A DNA stretch of 49,818 bases from an uncultured delta proteobacterium. GTDB lineage: Bacteria; Myxococcota; Kuafuiibacteriia; Kuafuiibacteriales; Kuafuiibacteriaceae. Position 1 is the stretch's first letter. Every line of letters starts with the position of its first letter. The notes beneath the pieces were generated by a model that had not been told where the DNA came from, made no database searches, and worked only from the letters and a program-made list of their open reading frames with translations. Both the position numbers and the translations under genes were made by a program. Where the stretch lies: positions 1 through 49,818 of the forward strand of contig CAWDML010000013.1 of NCBI GenBank assembly GCA_963803435.1, read 5' to 3'. This document shows positions 10,544 through 20,403 of this stretch, one piece after another.

Positions 10544-10687
10544 GGGAGCACTGTAGCCTCCGTGTCTACGCCGATCCATTACGCCGCCCCTGTCACCAAA
10601 CAAGCCACCTCAACTTCAGGCAAGCTGTAATGATTGGTTCACACCCTCCCCCCGTCCCCATGACACCCACCCAATGATATACGTTCG

Positions 10688-11524
10688 ATGATCGTGTGTC
10701 CGCCGGTGATGCTCCTGTGTGCGTTGCTCGCCGCGCCGAGCCCACACCTCCAAGAGGGCATCCGACTCTATCAGGCGCAGAACTACTCGGAGGCGCTCGA
10801 GGCGCTGACCCGCGCGATCGACGAGCGGAACTCGCGCCGAGACAAGGCGAGGATTCACGTCTACATCGGGTTGATCCAATTCCGCTTCTCGATGAAGGAC
10901 GACGCGAGCGCGTCCTTCGAGCAGGCGCTCGACTACGATCCAAAGCTCGAGCTGCCGAAGAAGCACGCACCGGGCGCGCGCCGATTGTTCGCGAAGATCA
11001 AGCGCGACAAGTACGGCGACGATCGACCCCTGAAGCGCACGGCGAAGCGCAAGAAGCGATCGAAGGATCCGGATCCCGATCCGCCCGACCCGCCGCCACC
11101 GGCCGATCCCCCGCCGCCCACGGCCTCGCCCCCGCCCCCGACGGTCGCCGTGGCCCCACCGCCGCCCCCACCGCCGGTGTCCGTAGCCCCGCCGCCCCCG
11201 CCACCGCCGGCGCTCGATCCGCCTCCGCCCCCTCCACCCCCGGGGCTCCGGCCCGTGACCTCGGTCGACGTCCATCCCGAGCCGCCCGGGCCCAACCTTC
11301 CGGCCTGGATCTCGATCGGGACGGGCGCCGCCGCCGTCATCACGGCGGCCGTCCTCGGTGGGGTATCACTTCACAACTTCGACACCGCCAACGACGAGAA
11401 ATTCGCCGCAGACGCCCAGGCTCGCTATCACACGGCGATCACCCAGCGCACCGGCGCGATCATCGCAGGGTCCATCGGCGTGGTCGGGCTCGGTGTGGGC
11501 ACGACGCTCTTCTTGGTCGAATGA
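10688..11524 (+). CDS. Exported TPR protein with poly-Pro linker and C-terminal hydrophobic hairpin (myxobacterial type)
   Basis: TPR-like QEGIRLYQAQNYSEALEAL...FEQALDYDP; long Pro run; C-terminal AWISIGTGAAAVITAAVLG...GTTLFLVE. Confidence 0.8.
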   Translation: MIVCPPVMLLCALLAAPSPHLQEGIRLYQAQNYSEALEALTRAIDERNSRRDKARIHVYIGLIQFRFSMKDDASASFEQALDYDPKLELPKKHAPGARRLFAKIKRDKYGDDRPLKRTAKRKKRSKDPDPDPPDPPPPADPPPPTASPPPPTVAVAPPPPPPPVSVAPPPPPPPALDPPPPPPPPGLRPVTSVDVHPEPPGPNLPAWISIGTGAAAVITAAVLGGVSLHNFDTANDEKFAADAQARYHTAITQRTGAIIAGSIGVVGLGVGTTLFLVE

Positions 11525-12492
11525 AGAAACCAAGCGGTTTTGCCGTGGTTTTGCGTCCTGCGGAGGGCGGCTGCTATCCTCCGGCCGTGGCCGTCCTGAG
11601 GTGTCTTGGCGACGAGACGCTCACGCCTCTGGCCGCGCGACTGCTGATCGGTCGATCGCCGTCCTGCGGGCTGCGGCTCTCCAACCCCCACGCCTCCAGC
11701 GAGCATGCGACGGTCACGTGGACGGGTCTCCACTGGGAGATCAAGGATCTCGGAAGCCGCAACGGTACGTTCGTCGACGGCGCGAAGATCGATCCCGGCA
11801 AAGCGGTGAAGCTGGCCGAAGGATCTCGGCTCGCGTTCGGTGATCCGGACGCGGCCTGGGTGGTGCTCAACGACGAGCCGCCCTCCGCGCTCGCCATCGA
11901 TCTCGAGTCGGGCGACATGAAGCTCGCCGTCGACGGCCTGATCGCGCTCCCCAACGAGGACGCACCCGAGCTCACGTACTATCAGAACGCCACCGGCGAC
12001 TGGATCGAAGAGAGCGCCGAGGAGACGCGCTTCGCGGTCGACCAGGAGGTGGTGCAGGCCGGCGGTCGTTCGTGGCGCATCCAGCTGCCGTTCGTCAGCG
12101 ATCACACGCCGCTGCTTCAGCTCGACATGACGCTCGAGGCCGTCAGCCTCAACTTCGCGGTGTCCCGCGACGAGGAGCGCGTCGAGATCACGATCTCGCA
12201 TCGCGGAGTCGACCGCACCCTCGATCCCCGCGAGCACGGGTACGTGCTCCTGACGCTGGCGCGCGCACGGCTCGAAGACGAGAGCCTCCCACCGCAAGAG
12301 CGCGGCTGGCGCGAGCGCACGCAGCTGGAGCGCATGCTCGCCATGGACTCCAACGCGTTGAACGTCGCGATCCATCGCGCGCGGCAGCAGTTCCTCGCCG
12401 CCGGAGTCACCGGTGCGGCCGGCATCGTCGAGGTGCGAAGAAAGAAGCGTCGGTTGGGGACGGATCGTTTCCGGATCACGGCCATCGACTGA
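11521..12492 (+). CDS. FHA-domain protein with probable C-terminal winged-helix DNA-binding domain
   Basis: FHA motifs IGRSPSC, ASSEHA, DLGSRNGTFVDG; C-terminal NALNVAIHRARQQF. ATGA overlap with the upstream gene; alternative start GTG 11587. Confidence 0.85.
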   Translation: MKKPSGFAVVLRPAEGGCYPPAVAVLRCLGDETLTPLAARLLIGRSPSCGLRLSNPHASSEHATVTWTGLHWEIKDLGSRNGTFVDGAKIDPGKAVKLAEGSRLAFGDPDAAWVVLNDEPPSALAIDLESGDMKLAVDGLIALPNEDAPELTYYQNATGDWIEESAEETRFAVDQEVVQAGGRSWRIQLPFVSDHTPLLQLDMTLEAVSLNFAVSRDEERVEITISHRGVDRTLDPREHGYVLLTLARARLEDESLPPQERGWRERTQLERMLAMDSNALNVAIHRARQQFLAAGVTGAAGIVEVRRKKRRLGTDRFRITAID

Positions 12493-12500
12493 TCGCCTCC

Positions 12501-14280
12501 ATGCTCGACCCGATCCTCAAGGCGGGAAAGGTCATCGACGACCGCTATGAGCTGGTTCGGCGCCTCGGCTCCGGCGCGATCGGTGTGGTCTGGCTGGCGC
12601 GCGATCGGGCCTCGAACCTCGACGTCGCCTTGAAGCTCCTCCACCCGAAGCTGACGAACGACCCGAACGCGATCGCCCAGCTCGAGCGCGAGGCGGCGGT
12701 CCTCGACAAGCTCGACCACCCTCACATCGCCAAGATGTACGCCTTTCAGGCGTCGGGTCCGTCCGTCTATCTCTCGATCGAATATGTCGACGGCATGCCG
12801 CTGCAGGAGCTGATCTCCGAGCACACCAAGGACAATCAGTTCTTCCGGCACCGCGAGGTCTGGAAGCTCTTCTCCGAGATCTGCTCCGCGGTCAGCTACG
12901 CGCACCAGAAGATGATCGTTCATCGCGACCTCAAGCCGCACAACATCATGATCGTACGCGATGGTGAGCTCATCCGATCGAAGATCCTCGACTTCGGGAT
13001 CGCCCGCCTGCTCGAGGGGAGCATCTTCGACGCGACCACCTTCGGCCGCCAGCTCGGGTCGCTGTTCTACATGTCCCCCGAGCAGACGCGCGGCGAGCCC
13101 GCCGACGTTCGCAGCGACGTCTTCGGCCTGGCCTCCATCCTGTTCGAGATCCTCACGCTGCACCGCACCTGGGCCCGCGCCGAGGGCGGCTATGCGCTGC
13201 CCGCGTTCGCCGGCCCGGTGCCGCACGGTGAGATGAACTCGATCGCCGCGGTCTTCACCCGGATCTCGCTGGAGGATCGGCCGCGTCCCAGCGAGGTTCG
13301 ACCTGCGCTCCCGGAGAGCTTCGATCGGATCATCGTGAAGGCGCTCTCGGTGAAGGCGGCCGATCGCCACCAGTCCGTCGACGAGCTGGTGCGTGAGATG
13401 CGCGACGCGTTCCTTCAGCTCTCCGACTTCGAGACGCGGACCGAGCTCGGTCACGGACCGCCCTCCCCCATCCCGAAGACGGAGGTGGACGACGACGACA
13501 CCCGCCTCGAAGACGCCGCCGGGCCGGAGGACGCCACGCAGCTGCTGGAGGCCTCCAACGATTACGGGTTCTCGGATTTGACCGAGGCGGCCCCCACCGA
13601 CAAGAAGCCGGCGCGCCGTATCGTCCCGGAGACGCTAGAGTATCGGCGCGCCCGCCTCGACATGCCCCTCGAGGAGGCGGGTCCCACCGTCCGGGCGTCG
13701 GGGCCGATCAAGGTCACCGAGCTCCATGTGGAGGGGCTCGACTCGGGTCTGATGGACGTGCCCCTGACACGGTCCATCGAGCGCGCCGTCGATCTCGTCG
13801 ATCCCTCGGAGTCGGGCGAGGCGGCGGTGCCGGATGAGGAGCTTCCGCCGACGGGTGAGATGGCCCCGATCGTCGATCTCCCGCCGACGGCCGAGGTCGC
13901 GGAGCAGAGCCTCCGGCTGCCGTTCGATCCTGGGCTCCTTCGCCTTCGCGGTCGCGCTGGCCGCCACCGTCACAGTGATCATCCAGAGCATGGAGGAGCC
14001 GGCGCCCACGATCCGGGTCCAGCCGCTTCCCCCACCGCAGGGTTCGGGCTACGACTTCAGCGACATCGATCGACTGCTGGGGCAAGTGAAGGCCAATCCA
14101 GCCGACGAGGCCTCGATCAGCCGCCTGAAGCAGCGGATCCTCGAGGCGGCCGCGGAGGTGGCCGACGCCCAGGAGCGCCAGCAGATCGAGAAGATCGCCG
14201 AGCTGAGCTCGTACGTGCGGAACGTGGAGGGGCTCGAGTCGGCCGTCGATCGTTTGAAGTCGCAGCTGGAGGAGCAGTAG
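12501..14280 (+). CDS. Membrane Ser/Thr protein kinase; frameshift at ~13900
   Basis: LGSGAIGVVW, VALKLL, HRDLKPHN, DFGIAR, GSLFYMSPE. The TM helix (SILGSFAFAVALAATVTVII) and helical tail lie in the 13834-14280 frame. Confidence 0.85.
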
Positions 14281-14282
14281 TC

Positions 14283-14735
14283 ATGGTGTGGCTGACGGTG
14301 CGGGCGAAGAAGTCGATCGCGATCAAGGCGACCAAGGCCTCGGTGTTCGAGGTGCTGAAGGATGTCCCTCGATCCGGGAGGATGTTCCCCGGCGTCCGAT
14401 TGATCGAAGACCAGGGGAGCGGCAAGTATCTCTGGGTGCTCGACGAGCGGCGCACGCTGGGCAAGACGTTCCTCGGCCGCTACACCACGCAGCACGAGAA
14501 CAACGGCACCGACGAGGTGCGCTGGAAGACCATCGAGGGCAACGTCAAGACCAGCGGAGTCTGGCGGATCGGGGGCCGTGACGGCGCGGTCGAGCTGTCG
14601 GTGGAGTCCGAGGTCGAGGTCGAGGCGCCCGTGCCGTCGATCCTCAAGAAGCCGGCCGAGATCTTCGCGGAGAAGGAGCAGTCGGGCGGGATCGAGGAGC
14701 AGCTCCAGAACATCCGTCGCGCGGTCGAGCGCTGA
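14283..14735 (+). CDS. SRPBCC/CoxG-like (START fold) protein
   Basis: Own ATG 2 nt after the kinase stop; SIAIKATKASVFEVLKDVPRSGRMFPGV pattern; 150 aa. Confidence 0.75.
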   Translation: MVWLTVRAKKSIAIKATKASVFEVLKDVPRSGRMFPGVRLIEDQGSGKYLWVLDERRTLGKTFLGRYTTQHENNGTDEVRWKTIEGNVKTSGVWRIGGRDGAVELSVESEVEVEAPVPSILKKPAEIFAEKEQSGGIEEQLQNIRRAVER

Positions 14736-14737
14736 CG

Positions 14738-15187
14738 TCAGCAGGAGGGGACCGGTGCGGAGGGGAACATCCGCACGATCACCCCGGGTACCGCGCCCAC
14801 CTCGATCAGCGCCGTGTTCCCGTCCTCCACGAGATCGAGCGTGACCTGGCCGGGCCCGTCGCCCTGGATGATCACCTGCCCGGTCGCCTGCAAGACCCGA
14901 TAGAACGCGAACAGGCCGTCGACACAGTAGCCGTCGAGGCCGAGCTCCGAGCGGCGTCTCAGCGTGTAGATCGCGCCGCCGGCGAACCGCAGCCCCTCGG
15001 ATTCGAACAGCGTGCAGCTCGCGTCGTCACAGATGAACCAATCGCCGTCGATGATCGAGCCGGCGCCGTCGGGGAGAAACGTCCGCGCCGGCACGTAGCC
15101 GGGCTCGGGGCTGGCCCCTGTCCCGTCGTCGCCGCAGGCCCCGGCCGCGACCAGCACGACGGACAGGATGAATGACCGGAGCATCAT
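14738..15187 (-). CDS. Hypothetical lipoprotein
   Basis: MMLRSFILSVVLVAAGAC lipobox; start overlaps the stop of the upstream barrel gene. Confidence 0.7.
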   Translation of the reverse strand: MMLRSFILSVVLVAAGACGDDGTGASPEPGYVPARTFLPDGAGSIIDGDWFICDDASCTLFESEGLRFAGGAIYTLRRRSELGLDGYCVDGLFAFYRVLQATGQVIIQGDGPGQVTLDLVEDGNTALIEVGAVPGVIVRMFPSAPVPSC

Positions 15188-15798
15188 CAGAAATAGTACG
15201 TCAGATTCATGGCGCCGCCCGCCAGCGTCTGGACCGAGGTGACAGTCGACTGGTCGAAGAGGCGCACCACCTGGAACAGGAACGTGTACTGCGCGCTGAG
15301 GCTCACCCGATCGAAGATGTAGAACTCGACGCCGGCGAGCGGACCGATCGAGAAGCCGAGGGAGGCGTTGTTGCCGCCGTCGGGGTTGGTGTAGCCGAGC
15401 CCCAGCGAGAAGCCGGCGTACGGCGAGATGCGGTTCCAGATGCGGAAGTGGTACTCGAGCCCGCCGCCGGCGTCGAAGCCCCAGTCCGAGATCGCGTCGG
15501 GCCCGCCGTCCTGGGCGAAGCGCCGGAACGCGGCGCCGAAGAAGATCGGCACCATCAGCTCCTCGTTGATGACGATCTTGACCCCGAACTGGGTGAGGAG
15601 AAGGCCCTGCGCGATCGGGCGCGTGTCGCCGCCGGCGAACAGGGAGGCCAGTCCGCCAAAGCGGAAGAACATCCCCAGGTTGCCGGCCTCCCCCCGGACG
15701 ATCTCGTCGCTGCTCGTCCGTGCGCCGCCCGGCTCCTCGGCGAGCGCCGTCGCCGGGAGCGCGGTCAGGAGCAAGGCCAGCCATCCTCTTGTGCCCAT
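15187..15798 (-). CDS. Small outer-membrane beta-barrel protein
   Basis: Signal peptide, alternating strands (GGGLEYHF, SPYAGFSLGLGY, LAGVEFYIFDRVSLSAQY) and C-terminal LTYYF. Confidence 0.8.
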   Translation of the reverse strand: MGTRGWLALLLTALPATALAEEPGGARTSSDEIVRGEAGNLGMFFRFGGLASLFAGGDTRPIAQGLLLTQFGVKIVINEELMVPIFFGAAFRRFAQDGGPDAISDWGFDAGGGLEYHFRIWNRISPYAGFSLGLGYTNPDGGNNASLGFSIGPLAGVEFYIFDRVSLSAQYTFLFQVVRLFDQSTVTSVQTLAGGAMNLTYYF

Positions 15799-15810
15799 GC
15801 CGGCTGACTA

Positions 15811-16212
15811 TCACGCCTCGTCGGGCTCTTCCTGTTTTCGGCCTTCGACGTCGACCACCAGCGTCAGCGCGTCGACCGCGATCACGCGCACCGCCACGCC
15901 CGCGGCGATGGCCGCCCCGGTGCTGCGCGCCCGCCAGAGCTCGCCGCCGGCCTCGACCCAGCCCTCCGGCGAGAGCGCGCGCTTCACCACGGCGCGCGTC
16001 TCGACCAGGCGATCGAGCGCACCCTCCTTGCCCCGCTCGAAGCTCTTCCTCACGCGGGGATAGATCAGCAGGTCCTTCGCGATCCACGCCGCCAGACCCA
16101 CCGGATAGATCCACCTCGGCAGGTCGAAGTGGCGCGAGGCGACGAACGAGAGGAACACCAGCGTCAGCAGCCCGGGGATCTGAAAGAGCAGGTAGCGCCG
16201 TAGGCCTCGCAT
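15811..16212 (-). CDS. NfeD-family membrane protein (short form)
   Basis: Two TM helices, then OB-fold motif PEGWVEAGGELWRARS...VRVIAVDALTLVV. Confidence 0.85.
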   Translation of the reverse strand: MRGLRRYLLFQIPGLLTLVFLSFVASRHFDLPRWIYPVGLAAWIAKDLLIYPRVRKSFERGKEGALDRLVETRAVVKRALSPEGWVEAGGELWRARSTGAAIAAGVAVRVIAVDALTLVVDVEGRKQEEPDEA

Positions 16213-16246
16213 GACGCGGTCCGAGAGGATAGAGTGTGCGCTTCGC

Positions 16247-16810
16247 GTGAGCGGAGCTTCCACTCAAAAACGCCTGATCCGCATCGGCATCCTCATCGCC
16301 GTCACGGTCGGGATCTTCATCGCGCTGAAGGTCAGCGGCCACCTCGACGGCCTCGACGCGGAGCGCGTACGCCGCACGGTCGATTCTGCGGGTCCGTGGG
16401 GCGTTCTGGTCTTCGTCGCGATCTTCGTGCTGGGCGAGCTGATCCACATCCCCGGCATGGTCTTCGTGGCGGCCGGGATCCTCGCCTACGGGCGCACCGG
16501 CGGGTTCGCGGTGACGTTCCTGGCGGCGCTCTCGTCGGTCGGGGTCAGCTTCGTCCTGGTCCGCGCCATCGGCGGCAAGGCGCTCGCGGAGATCGAGCGC
16601 CCACTGGTCCGCCGCGTGATGGCCAAGATCGACGACCGTCCCATCACCACGGTGCTCCTGCTGCGGAGCATCTTCTGGCTGGGGCCACCGCTGAACTACG
16701 CGCTCGCGCTCTCCAACATCCGCTTCCGCGACTATCTGATCGGCTCGGCGCTGGGCCTGGTGGTGCCAGTGCTCGGCGCCTCGGTTTTCTTCGACTGGAT
16801 GTTCACTTGA
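16247..16810 (+). CDS. TVP38/TMEM64 (VTT/DedA superfamily) membrane protein
   Basis: AGPWGVLVFVAIF, IPG..F.AAG.LAYG, LLLR..F...P.LNY..ALSNIRFRDYLIGSALG. Start 16211 or 16247. Confidence 0.85.
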   Translation: MSGASTQKRLIRIGILIAVTVGIFIALKVSGHLDGLDAERVRRTVDSAGPWGVLVFVAIFVLGELIHIPGMVFVAAGILAYGRTGGFAVTFLAALSSVGVSFVLVRAIGGKALAEIERPLVRRVMAKIDDRPITTVLLLRSIFWLGPPLNYALALSNIRFRDYLIGSALGLVVPVLGASVFFDWMFT

Positions 16811-17642
16811 AGTCGTGAAACCGGGTGAGGTCGAGCGTGATCGTCCCGTCCGGCTGCGGGTGGATCACGTCGACGAACTGAACGTCGCGCACGATGTCCT
16901 GGTGGTCGTACATCGCGTACGCGTAGACGGTCTGGCTGAAGGTCCCGTCGATGGCCGTCATGTTGACCACCAAGCGAACGTCCTCGCGCTGGTAGTCCTC
17001 CACGGTGAGGCCGAAGAGGGGGCTCGTCTCGTCGATCGGATGCATGATCTGCCAGCTCATCGCGAACACCGGGGTCCGATCCCGCACCACGTTCAGGTCG
17101 TTGATCAGGCGCAGGCGCTCGCCCTCCTTCGTCACCTGGTTGGTGAGCGCCGTGAGGTGGACCGAGGCCTCCACCAGATCGCTGCCGCGGGCGTTGGCCA
17201 CGCGCAGCATCAAGGTGGGCACGCCGTTGCGCGGCGAGATGATCACCTTCTCGGAGAAGACGACACCCGCGCTGGGACGCGAGAACTTCGCGAACATCAG
17301 GCCGGTGGCCAGCGCGACCAGGATCAGGCCGTTGAACGACTCCACGAACACCACCACGTTCGAGTAGGGTGTCTTCGGGTAGAGCGCACCAAAGCCGATC
17401 GTCGAGATCGTTTGAACGCTGAAGAAGAACGAGTCGCCGAACGAGCCAGCGTCCGCGTTGGCGATGCAGTCACCGCCCGCCCTGTACAAGAGCGCGTAGC
17501 CCAGGCTGGTGGAGACGTACAGCCCGAAGAAGAGCAAGAGCACCCATCGCCACTTCGCGGTCAACAGCTTCGAGTACAGATGGCGCGCGTGCGAGGGTGG
17601 CTGGCCGACGCGTCGGATCGCGGCCGAAATGTCCCGGGACAT
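16803..17642 (-). CDS. Inward-rectifier potassium channel (KirBac-like)
   Basis: Selectivity filter FFFSVQTISTIGFG, GLMFAKFSRP, PTLMLRVANAR, SWQIMHPIDETSPL, DLTRFHD. Confidence 0.93.
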   Translation of the reverse strand: MSRDISAAIRRVGQPPSHARHLYSKLLTAKWRWVLLLFFGLYVSTSLGYALLYRAGGDCIANADAGSFGDSFFFSVQTISTIGFGALYPKTPYSNVVVFVESFNGLILVALATGLMFAKFSRPSAGVVFSEKVIISPRNGVPTLMLRVANARGSDLVEASVHLTALTNQVTKEGERLRLINDLNVVRDRTPVFAMSWQIMHPIDETSPLFGLTVEDYQREDVRLVVNMTAIDGTFSQTVYAYAMYDHQDIVRDVQFVDVIHPQPDGTITLDLTRFHDFK

Positions 17643-17665
17643 CGGCTCTGAGGTAACATGACCAG

Positions 17666-18722
17666 ATGTCGGCAGACAGCCGGGAGGAAGCGCCTGCGTT
17701 CGAGACGGAGCCCGACATCCCGACCGACGTCCTGAACCGGCGCATCTGCGACTTCGATCTCCACATCGAGGGCCGTCCGCTCGAGAAGGTCATCGAGCGC
17801 TTCCGCAGCGAGCTCGAGGCCGTCGGCGTCCGGCGGGTGAAACCGGTCTTCTACCTGACGGACGGATGGGGCGTCCCGGAGGGGACCGTGGCCATCGGGA
17901 TCCCGTTCTACCTGGCCGACGACCACCTCTTTCAGGCGCAGGCCCAGAAGGGCGGGATGATCGAGGGCCACGGGCGAGGACGACATCCTCCGCTACCTCC
18001 GCCACGAGATGGGCCACGTGGTGAACTACGCCTACCGACTGTATGCGACCGAGGCCTGGACGGCGCTGTTCGGGCCCATGTCCCGCCCTTACTCCGAGAT
18101 CTACCGCGCGGTGCCGTTCAGCCCGGACTACGTGCGTTATCTGCCCGGCAGCTACGCGCAGAAGCACCCGGACGAGGACTGGGCCGAGACGTTCGCCTCG
18201 TGGATGACGCCGAACCTCGACTGGCGCACGCGCTACCTCGACTCGCCGGGCGCGCTGGCCAAGCTCGAGTACTGCGAGACGACCATGAAGCAGCTCGCGG
18301 ATCAGAACCCGGAGGTCATGGACACCCAGCTCGATCTCGAGGCCAAGGACATCCGCGCCACCGTGCAGGAGTACTATCAGACCGGCTTCGAGGAGGGGGA
18401 GGTCAAGATCCCGAGGAGCCTCGACGGCGACCTTCTGGTGATCTTCACGCACGTCCCTCCCCAGACGGTGCCGAGCGCGCGCAAGGGCGACGCCGCCGCG
18501 CTGCTGCGGCGGCACCAGCACCTGCTCGCGACCTCGGTCTACCGCTGGACCGGGATCGATCCCTCGCTGGTCTATCCCGTGATCGATCACCTGGGCGCCC
18601 GCGCGAAGGAGCTGGGCGTCTCCTATCCGATGAACCTCCGCGACGAGATCCTCGTGGAGCTGTCCGGTTTTCTGACCACGCTGGCGATGAACTACGTCTA
18701 TCGCGGCAAGTTCATCGGGTGA
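17666..18722 (+). CDS. Putative zinc-binding metallopeptidase (myxobacterial Peptidase_Mx-like); frameshift at ~17970
   Basis: IGIPFYLA, then in the shifted frame ILRYLRHEMGHVVNYAY (HExxH) and YAQKHPDEDWAETFA. Confidence 0.8.
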
Positions 18723-20403
18723 CGGTCTCCCACGGCGGACGCGCGCCGGTCACCGACCACACCGGGCGCCGCGCCTCGTAGCTCTTGCGATTCTCCTGCC
18801 ATAGCCGCGCCTGACGCTGGACCTCGGGAGGATGATCCGGGCCGGCCTCGAGCAAGGCCTCGAAGAGCAGCGGATGGATCCGGTGGCGGTGCGGCTCCAT
18901 CGGATCGCCGCGGCTCGGGCGCGCGTCCTTGGAGGCTGCGTTCTCGACCAGCTCCAGGAACCCGCCGATCGCCTCGCGCGCGATCTCGGCCCTGGTCGCC
19001 GGGCTCGAGGACGCTCCAGGTGGCCCAGAACAGCGTCTCCGGCTCGATCCACTCGCTGCGGATCCGGCCGCGCGAGGACGCGAGGTTCGCCTCGCGCGCC
19101 TCCCGCTTCAGCCTCGAGAGCAGATCGGGCGCGAGGCGCGCCAGCGTCTCCTCGCGCGTCCGCCAGGATCCGATCCTGGGCCAGCGACCGCTTCACCCGG
19201 ACACCCGGGTGCTCGAGGAGATACTGCGCGTGGTGCGTGTCGAGGAGGACCGCCTCGACCAAGTCCTCCGCGCTGGTCCGCGACATCTGCCGCCCGGTTC
19301 TCCCAGCTCGCCTCGTCGTAGAGCATCGAGAGCTCGAGCGGGGCGTCGAACTCGGGAATGTCCTTGGCGTCGAGCACCTTGCCGCTCTTGACGTGCCACT
19401 CGCCCGCGATCTGCAGGCGGTTCAGGTTGCCCTCGCTGTAGCGCATGATCTGATCAGGCCGGTAGCCGTCCTCCGCCGGGTGCGCCGACTGCCAGTACCC
19501 GGGATGCATGTTCTGCGCCCGCCACCGCACCGCCCGGCCGAACGCGAAGTTGGTCTGGAAGACCTCGCGCGCATCTCCGGCCGGACCACGGTGCGGTGTC
19601 CATCAGGCCCTCGGGGATCTGGGTCGCCGGTCCGAAGCCGCGGTCGAGGAACGCGTTCGCCACCAGGAGCACGCCGTTCGCGCGCGGGTGGAACGCGCCC
19701 GCCCAATACTGCTCGAGGATCCGCTCGAAGCGCTGGAAGCGCGACGGGTGGCGCGAAAGGACCGATCGTCGGCGTTCGGGTAGTCGAGGATCCAGGTGCT
19801 GAGCTCGGGGTGATTGAGCTTGGTCGCGATGTCGTCCGCGAGCAGGCTGCCCTGCAGAACGTCTTCGCCGAGATCGAGAACTGACCGCCGCCGTGCGCCA
19901 TCGAGGACACCGAGCCCGTACCGGAGCGGCACGCCCCACACGAACTCGGCGAGGAAGCGGACGAAGCGATCGTCGAGGAACCAGGCCAGCGGCACTGGCT
20001 TGATGCTGAACTCGAAGGTCTCCGGGTCCATCCCGAAGCGGACCTCGAAGTCGTCGCCCTTCTTGGTGTCGCGGAAGCGAAGGTTGGCGCGCTCGACGTC
20101 CCAGGGATCGCGGTCGAACTCCAGCACGCACTCGGCGAACAGACAGGCTGGATCGCCCTGCTGCGCCCGCGCGCGGTAGCGCTTCCGGATCGCGGCGGCG
20201 ACCTCGTGGACGGTCCTCAGCATGTAGCTGTTCTCGAAGTACGCGTCCTCGCCGCCCTCGCGCGACGCCATGCGCGCCCACTTGTCGACGGCTTTCTTGG
20301 TGGAGAAGGTCGGCTCGATCCCGACCCACGCGTAGTCGAAGCTCTGGGTCTCCGCTCGCTCGCATTCGGCGAGCTGTGACCACCGAGTCTGGGGCGACGT
20401 CAT
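18712..20403 (-). pseudogene. Divergent amidoligase-like protein (DUF2126-like), broken by about six or more frameshifts
   Basis: Motifs VGIEPTFS, MDPETFEFSIKP, HGGGQFSISAK and LNHPELS across successive frames resemble GGEPTFVS, DPGVIEVNIHP, GGGNH and NHPSLS of DUF2126-type ligases. Confidence 0.5.

Noticed and set aside
6700-10630. Long antisense or alternate-frame ORFs (6700-8799, 8498-10630; also 23335-25281, 42714-44846)
   Set aside because: Shadow ORFs of real genes, expected at high GC; no domain signal.
11080-11290. C-rich low-complexity tract as a DNA repeat element
   Set aside because: It encodes the poly-proline linker of the TPR protein.
12072-14735. 887-aa kinase-SRPBCC fusion in the ORF track
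   Set aside because: Artefact of the ~13900 frameshift; the true kinase tail ends at 14280 and SRPBCC has its own ATG at 14283.
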